Position numbers and translations under genes: made by a program. Below, piece by piece: positions 11,801-24,273 of a stretch of 64,000 nucleotides of DNA; positions within the stretch are counted from its first letter, which is position 1, and each line of letters opens with the position of its first letter. Under the pieces are notes generated by a model that was not told the DNA's origin, searched no databases, and was given only the letters and a program-made list of their open reading frames with translations. The DNA is from Pocillopora damicornis. Lineage: Eukaryota. The stretch covers positions 186,001-250,000 of the forward strand of contig NW_020843568.1 of NCBI RefSeq assembly GCF_003704095.1, written 5' to 3'.

Positions 11801-14800
11801 TTCTTTTCGAATTCCGCTAACGCTAGCCCCTTCGTAGCCTAACATTTTATCAGTTTCATTGCCTCATTAAGAGGGATCGATTGAATATTCCTCGAGAGAT
11901 TCTTCCGTGATAGTTTTCCGACGCCATTTTGTGACATAAAAGTTGTTTTATTAGGGAAAATACCTGAGTTTTTCTTTTCCATTACAACGAGATGGGTTTC
12001 TTCCTCCTTTTTTAAACTCAGCGCGAATTGTATAACCTCGCTACTCTTTTGCCATCATTCATTTGGATTTGGAAAGACATTCTTTTACGCATTATTATCT
12101 TGTTCCCTTGAAACCACACCCCAATTAGCATCACACGACCATAAATGGTCAAAATTTACATCCATTTATAGACCCGTTAAAACCGCTCCCAGACCATACA
12201 CTTTGTAGTGAGATCTACCATTTTTTTTTCGTGCAGATACCTATACAGCTTAAAAAGGTGGAATATTCCCGCTCAGCAACCGCCATGCCCACTGTCTCGA
12301 GCTCTCTGTTGCTCTTTACCTACTCTTCCCGTCCGTGCTCCCCACGTGATGTTTTGTGCAGTTTTATGACGTCAATCAGGAGGTCGTGCACAAGTCATCA
12401 TGAGACCTTGTTTTCAACATTCTTCAGAGCTCTAATTCTGTCGTGACGAGTGACTGAGGAGGTCGGTGTTTATTGTATTGAAGTGGGATTATTGTATTAA
12501 TAAATTAAATTATGACTCAATGATTAATTGATTAATAATTGATTTAGTCGTTTGTTCAGTTCGTCTGATAACTTTTCTTCTTTTATTTTCCTGTTTTCAT
12601 CAATTTTTTGTTAATTTTCGCTCGGTTAGCCTCAGAGATTTATAATCCATTGGGGTCAAATTCTCGTGGGCTAAGAACAACAAGATAAAAATCCGGCCCA
12701 GTTTTTTTTTTATTTATTTTTTTTATTTTCACACCACTTGTCCACTAAGCCACTTTTCTTAAATCGTATTAAGAGGCTTTCTTGATTACGAAGGCTTTTT
12801 TGGGCTGTTCATGCAACCGTCTCAAAACTCCCATTGCATGGCGGCTATCGTATGGTATATATAGCCTGTCTCAAAAGCTCGTCATTAACTTCCTTATTTT
12901 TCCAAAATTTCACTAACTAATTTGAAAAGAGGAGTTTAGAGCCGAGAGGTAGGAGAGGCGAGTATATCACAACCAAAATAACGCGGGTAATAAAATGTTT
13001 GTCGCAAAGAACTTTGAATCATAAAAATCTTTGAGGGGGTAATTATACAAAGTATGGTTTTGAGTAATACTGTTAATACTTTCCTCCACTATATCTAGTT
13101 ATTAAATTTTCGCTAATCCAGGATATTGGCTTACGCCTTGCGCCCTGAATCTCGTGATTTCAGTTCCAAGAACCGTTATCAATAATAAAAACAAAAGCAG
13201 CTTAAAGGCCCCTTTCTCCTGCAGTGTAGTGACGGTTCAGAATGGTAAATTTAAAGGCTTGTTACACAAATCTCTGTTCGTATAGTTCGTTAAGCTAAAT
13301 TTCACACATTTAGAGGCAATCTAAAATGTCGTTAACTTTTATGTCAGTTAGCCTGTGCGTTCAGGTAACTCATAGACATTTAAATAATTTGATTTCGTAA
13401 TTTTCAAAACAAAATAAGAGAGGAAAAGAAAATGAAACCAACAATAAAATAAAAGAAGACAAACAAACTATTAGTCTGCTCAAGGCGTTTGCGCGCCTTC
13501 TTCTCCTCCCTCGCTTTTTTTCTCCTCCACTACTATCTCAGCCGTGTATTATTTCGCTCCGTTTTACCAAACAGGCTGAGAAATTAATGAGTTGCGAAAT
13601 TTCAATGTTACAAGATAGTTCTATCTCATTCCTATTCTCTGCTTTATCTATTCCTTCATCTAGCGAAACAAAAGCATGCGTAAACCGATGTAGGGGCGAA
13701 CGCAAATTAGAGCAAAGCATGTGCATCTCCGACGCTTACTCTTCCACTGACACATAAACATGATAGCCTTCATTTTACCTCCGGTCTCCCTTTGGCAGTT
13801 TCGATTCTCGTGGAAATTCGTCGTCGAACGAAACATATAACGAGATTCCATTTGAAATAGCTATAACTACTTCTTTGCATCAATTTTAGAAAAAGATATT
13901 CCTTCAATCTTTCGTTCAGTCTAAAATTACCCTGATAAAGTAAACTTTTAACTAATACACAACATGTATTATACATAACATGGCCTGAACCTGAAAAGTG
14001 GACTCTCCCTTCCATTTGCAAGGCACAGAGAAATATCCGAGAATCTATTAACTGATTAGACCATGAATAAATCCTGCACATCATTCAGCCGATAAGTTCG
14101 AACGGTAGAGTGCGTAACGAGGGTTATTTGGTGAAACGAAGCTAAAAACTTCTCTTGGAATTCCGGCGCTAAACCCGAATTTTTAGTTTCTTTCTGGTAT
14201 GTCTCTCAAAATAATTTAAAGTTGTCCTTCACCAGTCGAGCGCGACGACCGACCTAACATTTTCCGTATAAAAGCTTTGATAGCCAGAGGTCCTTTCAGC
14301 AGTTTCCATATCCGTGAATCTATGTACTGCTCGATTAACATCGACTGTACGTACCAAAGTACTCAGCCGGCAAAGCCAGCATGCGATGCTTTATAATTTG
14401 TTGAAGACAATAGGCAATTAAAGTCGCTCAATTATAGAAACTTAAATTATGAACTTGCTGTACATCTCAACAACGTCACCCAACCTCCTCTATCACGCAA
14501 TAACGTGTCATCTGAAAAACATGTGTGCAAAACTTAGTTCAAATCTTTCTCAAACTCAGCCGACAGAGATGGCTGGCTCAGTTTGCTGTTCGCTCGTGAC
14601 CGGCTCTCTTGCAAGTTCATTGTAACTGAATCTTTCTGTTATCCATAACAATGCAATGAAAAGATCAAAGTTCGAAAAGAACCACGAATAGATGGGATCA
14701 AAGTCCTAGCTAGGATGTGAATACTGGACAGAAAGAGTAGACTACAATAGCTTGAGCAGTAAAGAACTTTGTTTATGGAAGAATTAGCCATCATCCATGG

Positions 14801-15377
14801 TGGGTGTTGCCGTATTCGATATCTTAATTCAAGCAATAGTTTTATTGTTCATATCTAAAGACTAAAAAAGATGCCGCTAACTCGTTTGTTCAGATGTTTT
14901 TCTATTTCATGAAACACTAGAACTCCATTTCACCTGACCAAAAGCAACTGCACAAGTCATTAAGAATGAAACAAATGCTCTTAAAACACTTGTGTTCAAT
15001 AGATCTTCACGAAAAGTCATATTTGATTATTTGAACAAGTGAAAAGCAAAATGTACTCGATGTGGCAAATCAATTGTTTCTCGGCTTCGATTGAGACGCA
15101 GAAGTACAAAACGTCGTTTATGGAAGTGCTAAAATTTCTGATGACTTTTTGATGATAAAGGAAAGGGTGATCACGTTGGTTTCTATTATTGCACCCTTAA
15201 ACAAACAAAGTTTTATTTGTTAAGACCCTTGAGACAAGCGTAATATCCATTGAGGACAATTTCATCGATTTAAAGATTAACAAAGTTATGGATATAAGCT
15301 TCAGAAGCCGCTTTGTCACGATTTTAATTACTTTGTTTATCGTGTCCCGTTCAGAATCCTGAGGGAGAGTTAAGATC

Positions 15378-16964
15378 ATGAGTTATAACCGAAAGACATT
15401 TCGTTTTCTGAAGCTTGAAAAATCGTCAAATTTTGCCAGACGAAAGAACGACGTCGAAGACAAAATGTTGGGCACAAAATTAAAAGTTATGGAGAAAGAA
15501 GAGCGAATCATTCGCCAGAAACTGTACGAGATACGACGAGAGAAATATTCACGATCGTTTTACAAAAGCGAAGACAAGTCAAAGTTTGTAGATGTTAATG
15601 TTTGCGAGACCAACGAGGGAGAGAAAAACAAGATAACAGCATCTGGCGTGGAACGAACCATAACCGCTTTGAGACGAAAATCTATCGCAGTGGAAGAGTT
15701 CAACCCAGGACAAGTAGTTCGTGTTTGCGTCTCGTCAAAACTCGAAGACAAAGTTGCTAGAGATGAGAGCACTTCACTTAGTGCTTTACCAGCGATTCAG
15801 AAGGCGAGGAAGAGAAGACATTCTGTGGCAATTGTCACAAATATTGCCGAACACAAGGCAGCAGATCTTTTTACGTTAGGAGAAAATTATGTGCAGTCAG
15901 TTTCAGGGGCTGATGAAGGCATTTCTTTGGACTTTGCCCTGAGAAAGTGTCAGGAGAAAGATTCAGAGACGACCACTGACCAGTTACTCCAAAGGAAAGT
16001 GGACGCAAGTGGCCAAGAAAACGCCAAACTAACAACTTACTCAGAGAAATCTGCTACCTTAGACTTGCAAACTAAATCTACGGGTTTGTCCAGAAGACGA
16101 TATAGTTGCACTGACAATGACTTCCACCATAATGAAATAGGAAGGTGTTTTACTGACTCCCCTTTAAACGTTTCAAAACCAGAGCCTGGAGAATCTAGCG
16201 GTTTGGAATCCATCTTATCTGTGCCTGAATCGTCTGAAACGAAAACCACCACCACACACGGTGTCACGAGTCCTGTTCTTCTTCTTCCTCAGCGACCACA
16301 CAGTAGTAGAAGTTGTAGCGATAGCAGTATTCATGGACTTCAAATTGATTTAAGAAAGTGCAGAACGCCAGTGCTTGGCTCCTCGAGGAAGTATTTACAA
16401 GCGGACAGTCCTAGTGCTCTTCGACTTGATGCTGAGTCCAAGCCGAAGCGGAATGCATTCGAAAACGAAAGCACATCGAAAAGTGTCACGAGTTTCATAA
16501 GGAAAAATCGGAGTGCTTCTTTAACCACAGGCTTAACTTCGGGCAACGAAGATTCTACTCTCTCAGAGAAAGAAGAGAAAGTAGCCGAGCAAGTTATGAA
16601 AAGACAGCTTGAAATAAAAACTGCAGCTGACAAAATGAGGAGGCTCTCTTTGCAACACTTCGGTGATGCAAAGGACTCATTGAAAGTCCCGCGTCGACAG
16701 AGTTCTGGTGTCATTTCGCCATACCTGCAACGAGCTGGATCGGAGAGTTCACATAACGATGCGAATAACAATAGTGAAGGAAACCAAAGAGCAGGAATAG
16801 TGAGAAGGCACAAAGATAATCCACAATTGCTCGGGAAAACTGCGAAGGAGACTTCTAAAATCGACAAAGAAAAAGCCTTGAAAGAACAGGTTTTAAGCAA
16901 ATTAGCGTGGGACATATCTGACTGTAGATACTTGCGATGCGGCGGACGGGACGACGCTGTATGA
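15378..16964 (+). CDS. Intronless uncharacterised 528-aa protein: N-terminal coiled coil, Ser/Lys/Glu-rich disordered middle, C-terminal DCRYLR motif
   Basis: 1.6-kb ATG-initiated ORF in AT-rich DNA. Heptad-like KLKVMEKEERIIRQKLYEIRREK segment and several R-R/K-x-S sites. No domain I can name. Confidence 0.75.
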   Translation: MSYNRKTFRFLKLEKSSNFARRKNDVEDKMLGTKLKVMEKEERIIRQKLYEIRREKYSRSFYKSEDKSKFVDVNVCETNEGEKNKITASGVERTITALRRKSIAVEEFNPGQVVRVCVSSKLEDKVARDESTSLSALPAIQKARKRRHSVAIVTNIAEHKAADLFTLGENYVQSVSGADEGISLDFALRKCQEKDSETTTDQLLQRKVDASGQENAKLTTYSEKSATLDLQTKSTGLSRRRYSCTDNDFHHNEIGRCFTDSPLNVSKPEPGESSGLESILSVPESSETKTTTTHGVTSPVLLLPQRPHSSRSCSDSSIHGLQIDLRKCRTPVLGSSRKYLQADSPSALRLDAESKPKRNAFENESTSKSVTSFIRKNRSASLTTGLTSGNEDSTLSEKEEKVAEQVMKRQLEIKTAADKMRRLSLQHFGDAKDSLKVPRRQSSGVISPYLQRAGSESSHNDANNNSEGNQRAGIVRRHKDNPQLLGKTAKETSKIDKEKALKEQVLSKLAWDISDCRYLRCGGRDDAV

Positions 16965-18981
16965 CATTACTCTAAGTCATAGACTTGACTCCTAGATGTA
17001 CATCAGCTTTCAGTATGTGATAGATAAGTCAAATTAAGGCATATTAGCTAAAAGTAAAGCTATTGACATCTACCTATCTAGGCCAAAAATGCAATTTTCA
17101 ACTGTAGGCTTTGTAATCTCAAGTGCTACATCGGCATCATCAAATATATCAGGAGTAACTGTCGCAAATTTACATCAAAACTCAGCTTAATGAAGGACCT
17201 AGGGTTTATAAAAAACAGTTTGGGAGACACCATTTAATGTATTCCTCGTACTCATCTTACAAATAGCATCTTATAACTCTAATGTGCCGTGAACAGAGAC
17301 GGGAAACGATCATGGAGCTAAGGACATAACAAGTCAAGAAGTTCAATGAGCCAAGACTCCGCATTTTTACTCGAGTCTTGCCGCAAGCGGCGAGAGTCTT
17401 AAGCTGCAGGCTGTTTTTTTTTTCGTGTTTCGTCGCGAAAAGTGGGGTCATGGTCCCAGGCGTTCCTTGCGTAGACCGTGGAAACTGGGGACGAGATCAT
17501 ACCGTCGTCCTCGTTTCTCGAAGTAGAATCCTGTTTCCACGATGTCGAAAGGGAAGGCAAATTCTATTTTGCGAAACGAAAAGAAACCAAGCGAAATATG
17601 GCGAAACTAAAGGAATAATGCGGCATATTGTCTACTAAAGTAAAGATAACTTTCATAAGGATTTTGGAGTAAATCTTAATCGTTAAGGAGGATTTTAATT
17701 CGTTTCGCAAAGTAGTCATTTAAGAAGAGTTTTTATTCTGCGAAATCGACTATTTTCACCCTGCGGTGACAATGTGACCTTGTTCATGCCACAAAAATAA
17801 ATTTAAATATATCACATATATTACCAAAGCTATTGAGTGACACGAGAATGGCTTCATCGTTACCGCTGGGTGAGAAGCCGGAGTAATTGCTTTCAAATTA
17901 CTATTTTGCGAAATTGATTTGGATAGTGAAATAGGAGGTGAAACGTATTTTTGTGATCAGAACAAAAAAACATTATAACACAATATGAAAGAAATATTGA
18001 TTAATTTTGGTGACTTAAAACTAGTATTGCATACTGGAAATGAATTTTTGAGTAGTTTGTTACAACTAGCAAGACAATCTTCTTTACAGTGTACTCCTAA
18101 CTGAATTATCAGCAATGCTCACAATATCAAAACATAATGACCAGCTGGGATACAGTACAAGGTATAGTGGTAATTGTTCATGGTAAGCTCGAGGCTGCCA
18201 TCGAGAGATATGAATACTGTGTTGGCTTAAAAAAAGCTTTTGATTCATTGACATACTCAAGCGTACAGCACGTATAGAGGTTCCAAGCAATTAGCTCCTA
18301 ACAAGAAGCTCTCCTCAAAGTAAAGATACACATAATTTTTGCATTTATGTGAACTTATGATTATAAAACATATCAGGCTTTTTCTCAAATTGAGTACATT
18401 ATTATTTTTAGTTTTTTTAATTAGGTCCCATAATCCCTATCATTTGTCATTTCATCTACCAGTGCAAAGGCAGTCAGTAACTGGCACTCCCTTTACCTCC
18501 TCAAATGGCCCAAATACCTACGCGCACGCTCTCAAGCAAAGAACTAGCCTCCTCATTCCTTGTATACTCCTCAAGCGGGCTCGAGTTAATGCTTTCGACA
18601 GCGTCTTCTTATGGTAAAAACTGTTTTTGATTTAAATTTCTCGTTTCGTAGCAAAACTCAGCTCTTATCTTTTTCTTTTAGTCGTTTGTTTACAATTTCC
18701 TTTCTTATCATATTGAATATGATCATGATCGTCAAACTATGGACACTATAGGTTGCAGTTTAATTCAATGTTACAATGACCTCCGCGCGCAAAAGACTGT
18801 ATGCCAGTGGGTTCTTTCAGCACAGTTCATATCTTATCGTTTGTTAAATACTCCCCTACGTACTTGAGAGTTTTTTTAGGGAACGCACCTATTTTTTGTT
18901 CGTTTTATTGATTTTCCTCTATCTCTCTCCTCGGACGGTAGGGATTATTTTACTGCGTCCTTTCTCTGTTTCCCACAACTC

Positions 18982-20820
18982 TCATACGCAAGTTACAAGT
19001 TGTTTCTCAACTTCTTCATCCTCCTCTGTTTGTTTTCTTTTGTGAATATCTCGCCATTTCACGTGATCAGTGCGTGTGGTTGTTCCAACCAATCTCCTGG
19101 TGGCTATTGTACTGTCCAGCCGATACTCGTCATTCTCTTTTTGCCTCAAACATCTGAAAAACGCTTTGAATCCTTTGTTGAATTCTTGGTTCAGCGTTCC
19201 GTAAATGATTGGATGAGCGGCACTGGTTGCTATTACTAACAGAACGCAAAGTTTCTTTGCAACGGAGTTCGGATAACCAAACACACTTAACAGCCACGTT
19301 ACGTGATACGGCAAGGTGAAAAGAGCATACACAGCTGCTATTACGACCAACATTTTAATCACCTATAGAAAAAAAAATAGTGTTTAGTGTAATAGTTTTT
19401 CACGAGGTGATTTTTTTTATGGAAAATCTGTAGAATATTAGCTCTCAGTCCTAAATGTTCTGCGATTCGGGCACCGTGCTCTATCGGTTTGAGTGACTAT
19501 TAATAGTAACTCTCTTGATCCAGATGTCGGCTCATTAAAGCCTACTCTTTATTTCATGACGAGCTTTGCTCACCAAAAGAATTTATGCAAATGAGGCTGA
19601 GGCGNNNNNNNNNNNNNNNNNNNNNNNNNNNNNNNNNNNNNNNNNNNNNNNNNNNNNNNNNNNNNNNNNNNNNNNNNNNNNNNNNNNNNNNNNNNNNNNN
19701 NNNNTCATTTTACGCATCCCTGGTGAGAATTCTTTTCTTGAGCAAAGCTCGTCATGACACCAGTATTGGAGTAGACTTGCCAGCTTTATCAATAGAATAA
19801 CCAGTGCCTTTAAGGTAAAATAAGTCGAAAAACGAAACAATACATTTGCAGTCAATTAAGGGTTCGTATCACGGTTACTTCGACATCTTTGTTTGAAATG
19901 CTGGAAATAAAAGCTAACTTTGATGACCCATTTCTCATTCATAAGATAACTGGCTGAGAATGATCGAGATGGTGGTTAACAAAATTTTTTTACAAATCTC
20001 CTACAGTTGCAAAGATAAACCAGAATATTTTAAAAAGTCTTAGTTTCAAAATGGCTGGTCTTACCTTTTTGTTTCGATCTGAGCGTTGCCTAGTTGACGT
20101 GCATGTAAGGTGGTCTAGTCTCGTTTTCGAGTTAAGATGGCCGCATATGAGGGTATAGCAGCACACAATTATTGTCATGGGTATAACAAACTGCACCACA
20201 AATAGGCTCAGAAAGTAGAATTGCTCAAACTTGTCGCTGGGCCAGGTGTCTGTGCAAACCGGCTGACTGTCCCGTCGTTTCACCACCCTAAGCGCAAAAT
20301 TGAACGGAAGAGCAATGAGGACAGAAAAAGTCCAGATTAACATAATGGCAAATTTGGTGGTTTTTACGGTAAATCTTCTACCCAGAGGCTTGACTATAGC
20401 TCGATATTGGTCTATAGTCATGAGAACCAAAGTCATCGATGAAGCGGTAATAAAAACGTAAGCTAACGTCGGTATTGTCTTACATAACACGGCACCAAAA
20501 GGCCAAATGTAAGAATTTTCTTGATATGCCAAGCGAAATGGAAGATTCACAGTGAGGACAGCGATGTCGGCTGCGGCAAGATTACAAATGAAAAGGTTAC
20601 TAACAGTTCGCAGTTTTCTTCTTTTCATGACCATTCGGAAAACCAGAACATTTCCCAAGACGCCCAAGACAAAGACAAGCGAATAACAAAACAGTTTAAA
20701 AACTTTAAACGAGAAGCTCTCCGTTGAAAAGCTGCGGCTTTTTGTGACGTTGAAGGTGACAACCGCAGACTCATTTGCTATAGCGTGTTCCTGGAATGCC
20801 ATGGCAAATGGAATCAGCAT
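18982..20820 (-). CDS. Class A neuropeptide-receptor-like GPCR; coding exons 20820-20065 and 19362-18982
   Basis: TM1 GN, TM2 NLAAAD, ECL1 WPFGxxxC, TM3 DQY, TM5 FVIP, TM6 LPY, TM7 HPIIY. Phase-0 intron AAG|GTAAG...CTATAG|GTG in ICL3, which contains an N gap. Confidence 0.9.
19605..19704. other. Assembly gap (100 N); further gaps at 51710-51770 and 59431-59530
   Basis: N runs. Confidence 1.
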
Positions 20821-21690
20821 TGACAATTTCTAATCCTAATACTTAAAATGGAAATCCTCATTTGAGAAACTTTTGACTGGTGCCAACTCTGACCTGTAAA
20901 GTATGGTAAGTCACCCTTAGTCCCGCAGGCGGCTTTTACACCTATTTGTTTTTATAGCCATTTCTATATTCATGAGCTATTGAGCGCTCTAATGCAAATC
21001 CTACGTTGAAGATATCGGCGATAAGCAGATGTTCGACACTTGAATAAGTCTAGACAAAGTTGAACAGTAACTCAGCCGTTTTAGCGCTTTTCCAGAAAGC
21101 GGCTGCTTTATTCTAACCTGGAGGTGAGTCTTGAAGTAAACAGACGCACCTAAGGTATGAAATTATTCTCATATATATCAAATAAAGCCCTATTAAAAAT
21201 TGAGAACAAAGCAGACAAAACGACCAAGAAAAAGTTTTTGTCAGAACTCGTTGACTTTTGAAAGCGTTTATAAATAACACAAAAATAAGGTGATCTGCAC
21301 TTAAACCAAAAACAGAAAAGTAAAATGCATGTGGCTGAAAACATGTAGTCTTTGTGCGCAAGTATTCCCCATATTAACTGAGTACCACATGGGTACCTGC
21401 CAGCGCCGAAAAAGCATTAGGTAATTCAGAATTTTATTGTCATAACTATTCAAGTTAGTTAGTACCAAATAGAAAATGGCTTTATTGACACGAACGAACT
21501 ATATGTTAAGTAAAAAAAAAACACACCTTTTATACGCTATTACAAAGGAGACAGCAGTGACCGAGAAGAAGGTTATACGAAAAATGAGCCCAAGAGGAAC
21601 TAGTTTCATCTCTCGATTGATTTAATCAATAGTTGACCCCATTTGACAGCGACTCATTTCATTTGCAAGTAATATTTTTGTAAAGTATAC

Positions 21691-21868
21691 ACTAAAACAG
21701 TGAATAGTGGTAGATGCTCGCTCTGATTGGTTATTCAAGAACCGAATAACCTTTGCTATTCACCTCCGAGCCGCTCGCGCGGGATTTACGCCCGAAAATA
21801 TTATAATCTTTGCAGGAATAAATGAATTGAAATCATATTTTTGTGCTATATTATCTCACTGTTTTAGT
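21691..21868. mobile_element. MITE-like element with 13-bp terminal inverted repeats
   Basis: ACTAAAACAGTGA at 21691-21703 and its reverse complement TCACTGTTTTAGT at 21856-21868, with a non-coding interior. Confidence 0.55.
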
Positions 21869-23084
21869 AAATACTAAAACAACTTTTGAGTGATTCCTTG
21901 CCATGACCGCTGAACCTTCTCGATAATTATGAATTTTCAAAAAAGAATTTCGGTCATTTAAACACAAGTTGAGGACAATAGCTGTTGTAAAATTATACCC
22001 ACGTAGAGGACGATCCAGTTTATTCAGAAATGAAAACAAAATGGTTTAATTTAATCTGCTCAGGGTAGAAAAGAACTCATTAGCCAGTAGGTAAAAGTAA
22101 ACACAATCACCGGGGTCAGTGTAAACAACAAAATTTACTGCATGAAATAAATGAATAAATTACAAAGACAAAATTATGATGGAGGTCTAACTCATTCACC
22201 TTATTAAATTTTAACGCTGCAAAGACAACAAGCACAAGGCTGAGTCAGTGTCCGAGTTACCACTGCCCTTGAAGTGAATGTGTGTGTTCTCGCTAACACA
22301 CAAGCGCATGTATCGTAAAGTTAGTACTCCGGATAAACCCAATATTATGCAAAAAAGATTTGATTATGGTCGCAACATTCTACATTGTACGGTAATTGGA
22401 ATATTTCTAAACTAATCGTAATATCCGTGAGTGATGACAACAAAGAGTCTTTGTTCTTGGAAGAAATATGTCAGTTCTGTTTCGGCAGAATGAAATTAGC
22501 TAAGTAGCCTGTATATATGGTCTCTTAAAGTAAAATGACTTGGTAAAATTTCTCAGGTGAGACCACATCTTTAACAGGTTTGCTTCAAAGTCACCCAAGC
22601 CTTCTCCCAAATTTAAAATGCAGATAAAACGATTGAGTTTAGACTATCTTATCCTAGTCGTGAGATGAATTTGGTTAATTACGTGGCTACGTCAGGAACG
22701 TTCTTCAATATGTTAATATTTCATCATTGGTTTCTAGGGAAACTAAAATCATTATTAAGCATTTCAATGGCTTCATTAAAACTTAACAAGCAAAGTAAAG
22801 CTGTTAAATCTACTAAAGAAATAAACATCTCATCGAAAGAAGAAAAAACGTTGGCGTACGCACGTGCAACAATCGCTGTTAACATTAGCAGTCAAGATTT
22901 GATTCTTTGAAGCCCAAGAAAGTTCACAATTCAATTTTCATACACATAGTCAAGCAGGCAGGTGTTGAGAAATTTCCACCAAGAGATTCTGTTGGGAAGT
23001 AATGTCAAATTCTCAGCTCTGTTCAGCAATGTTTGCCTGTTAGGAGAATTACCTCTTAGATAATGGAAATTCGATTATAGGGAG

Positions 23085-23297
23085 TTAACCCTTTAACTCA
23101 CAGATCAAATTTGTAATTCTCCTTATTATCGACCATACAATTTTTTTTAATACTAGTTTAGAGAATTTAGTATTGGATCAACTAATTATCCCCAAATTGA
23201 TATTCTTTCCTTATTCTCCTCACTTATCTGGTTGATATTGTATTGATATTGTAAGGAGAAATTCTGTCTTGGTCAGTCATGGGAGTTAAAGGATTAA
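23085..23297. mobile_element. TTAA-flanked (piggyBac-type) MITE
   Basis: TTAA|CCCTTTAACTC ... GAGTTAAAGGA|TTAA: 11-bp TIR with one mismatch and a TTAA target duplication. Confidence 0.7.
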
Positions 23298-24273
23298 TAA
23301 ACCATTTGATAGGCTCATGTGTATTGTGACTTCAAAGGACTGCACGTATATGCATCATTATACCTCAGTGAACGTAAATTTGTTGTTCAAGAAATATTTT
23401 CGCAAAAAAACTTACCTTTCGTTTATCTCTCAGTTTAACTGTTTCTCTTCACTTATTTTTCAATTTCTTGTGACCTTTTCCCCCAATTATTTCTGAAGGT
23501 AATGCAGTGCCCTATCATCAAAGCCAAATTCTTTTTTCAATTTTTCTTCACCATCACTGTTGGGTATATGTACATCAGATTAGAGCTTTTCAATTGTTTA
23601 TTCCGATAAACACTACTAACTTGTGTAGAAAAATGTTTGGAAACTAGTCAACAGTTTTTGGAAATCTCCGAAAGATAAAAATGTGTAACAAGTAAACTAT
23701 TAGCACCATTAGAGCTGCTATAAATAGAGTTTTATGATACAACAATCTCATTTTTACCCAATATATTTTTTGGTGAACTATTAGGAACCTAAATTACGTT
23801 TTACAGAAGAAATAGATGGAAATAAAACATTTAGACTTTTTCCAAACATGCTATGTACGGCCGCTAGAAAAAAATGCTACCATACTTTGAAACCTGAACT
23901 CAAATAGCTTGAGATGAGATTTATCTTCTGCATCGTTTAACTGGGTATACTGATAATTTTTAAGTCACAACCATTTACGTCAAAACTAAAGCGTAAATCT
24001 GAAGTAAGCTTGCTACAATGTAAACTCCCCCGCTACCATTACGATTCGCCCATGATTTTAAGGCTTTCCACCGTTGTTATCAAGAGCGAGAGTTTCAAAA
24101 ACAGCCCATGGTTTCTTAGTGATGATTCACGTCATTGTTCTTGGCCTTTATATAATAAAACCCAGCACTTAATGGACGATTCGTTAAGTGGATTTATTAA
24201 CAGTTTTCAATCAAACAACCATTAGAAAACCAACTGGTAGCGCACCATCACTTTTAGCATAGAACTGTAAATC

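Noticed and set aside
12343-12374. Adjacent E-box (CACGTG) and CRE (TGACGTCA) upstream of the T-box gene
   Set aside because: Short motifs are expected by chance in 64 kb, and no conservation data are available.
13660-13851. ATG-initiated 63-aa minus-strand ORF with an internal donor-like site
   Set aside because: No downstream exon or homology could be identified.
16340-16915. 191-aa minus-strand ORF
   Set aside because: Antisense shadow of the 528-aa ORF with no recognisable features.
17376-17395. GC-rich hairpin TCTTGCCGC-AA-GCGGCGAGA resembling a terminator or Helitron end
   Set aside because: Eukaryotic context, no adjacent U-tract or CTRR end; probably a repeat fragment.
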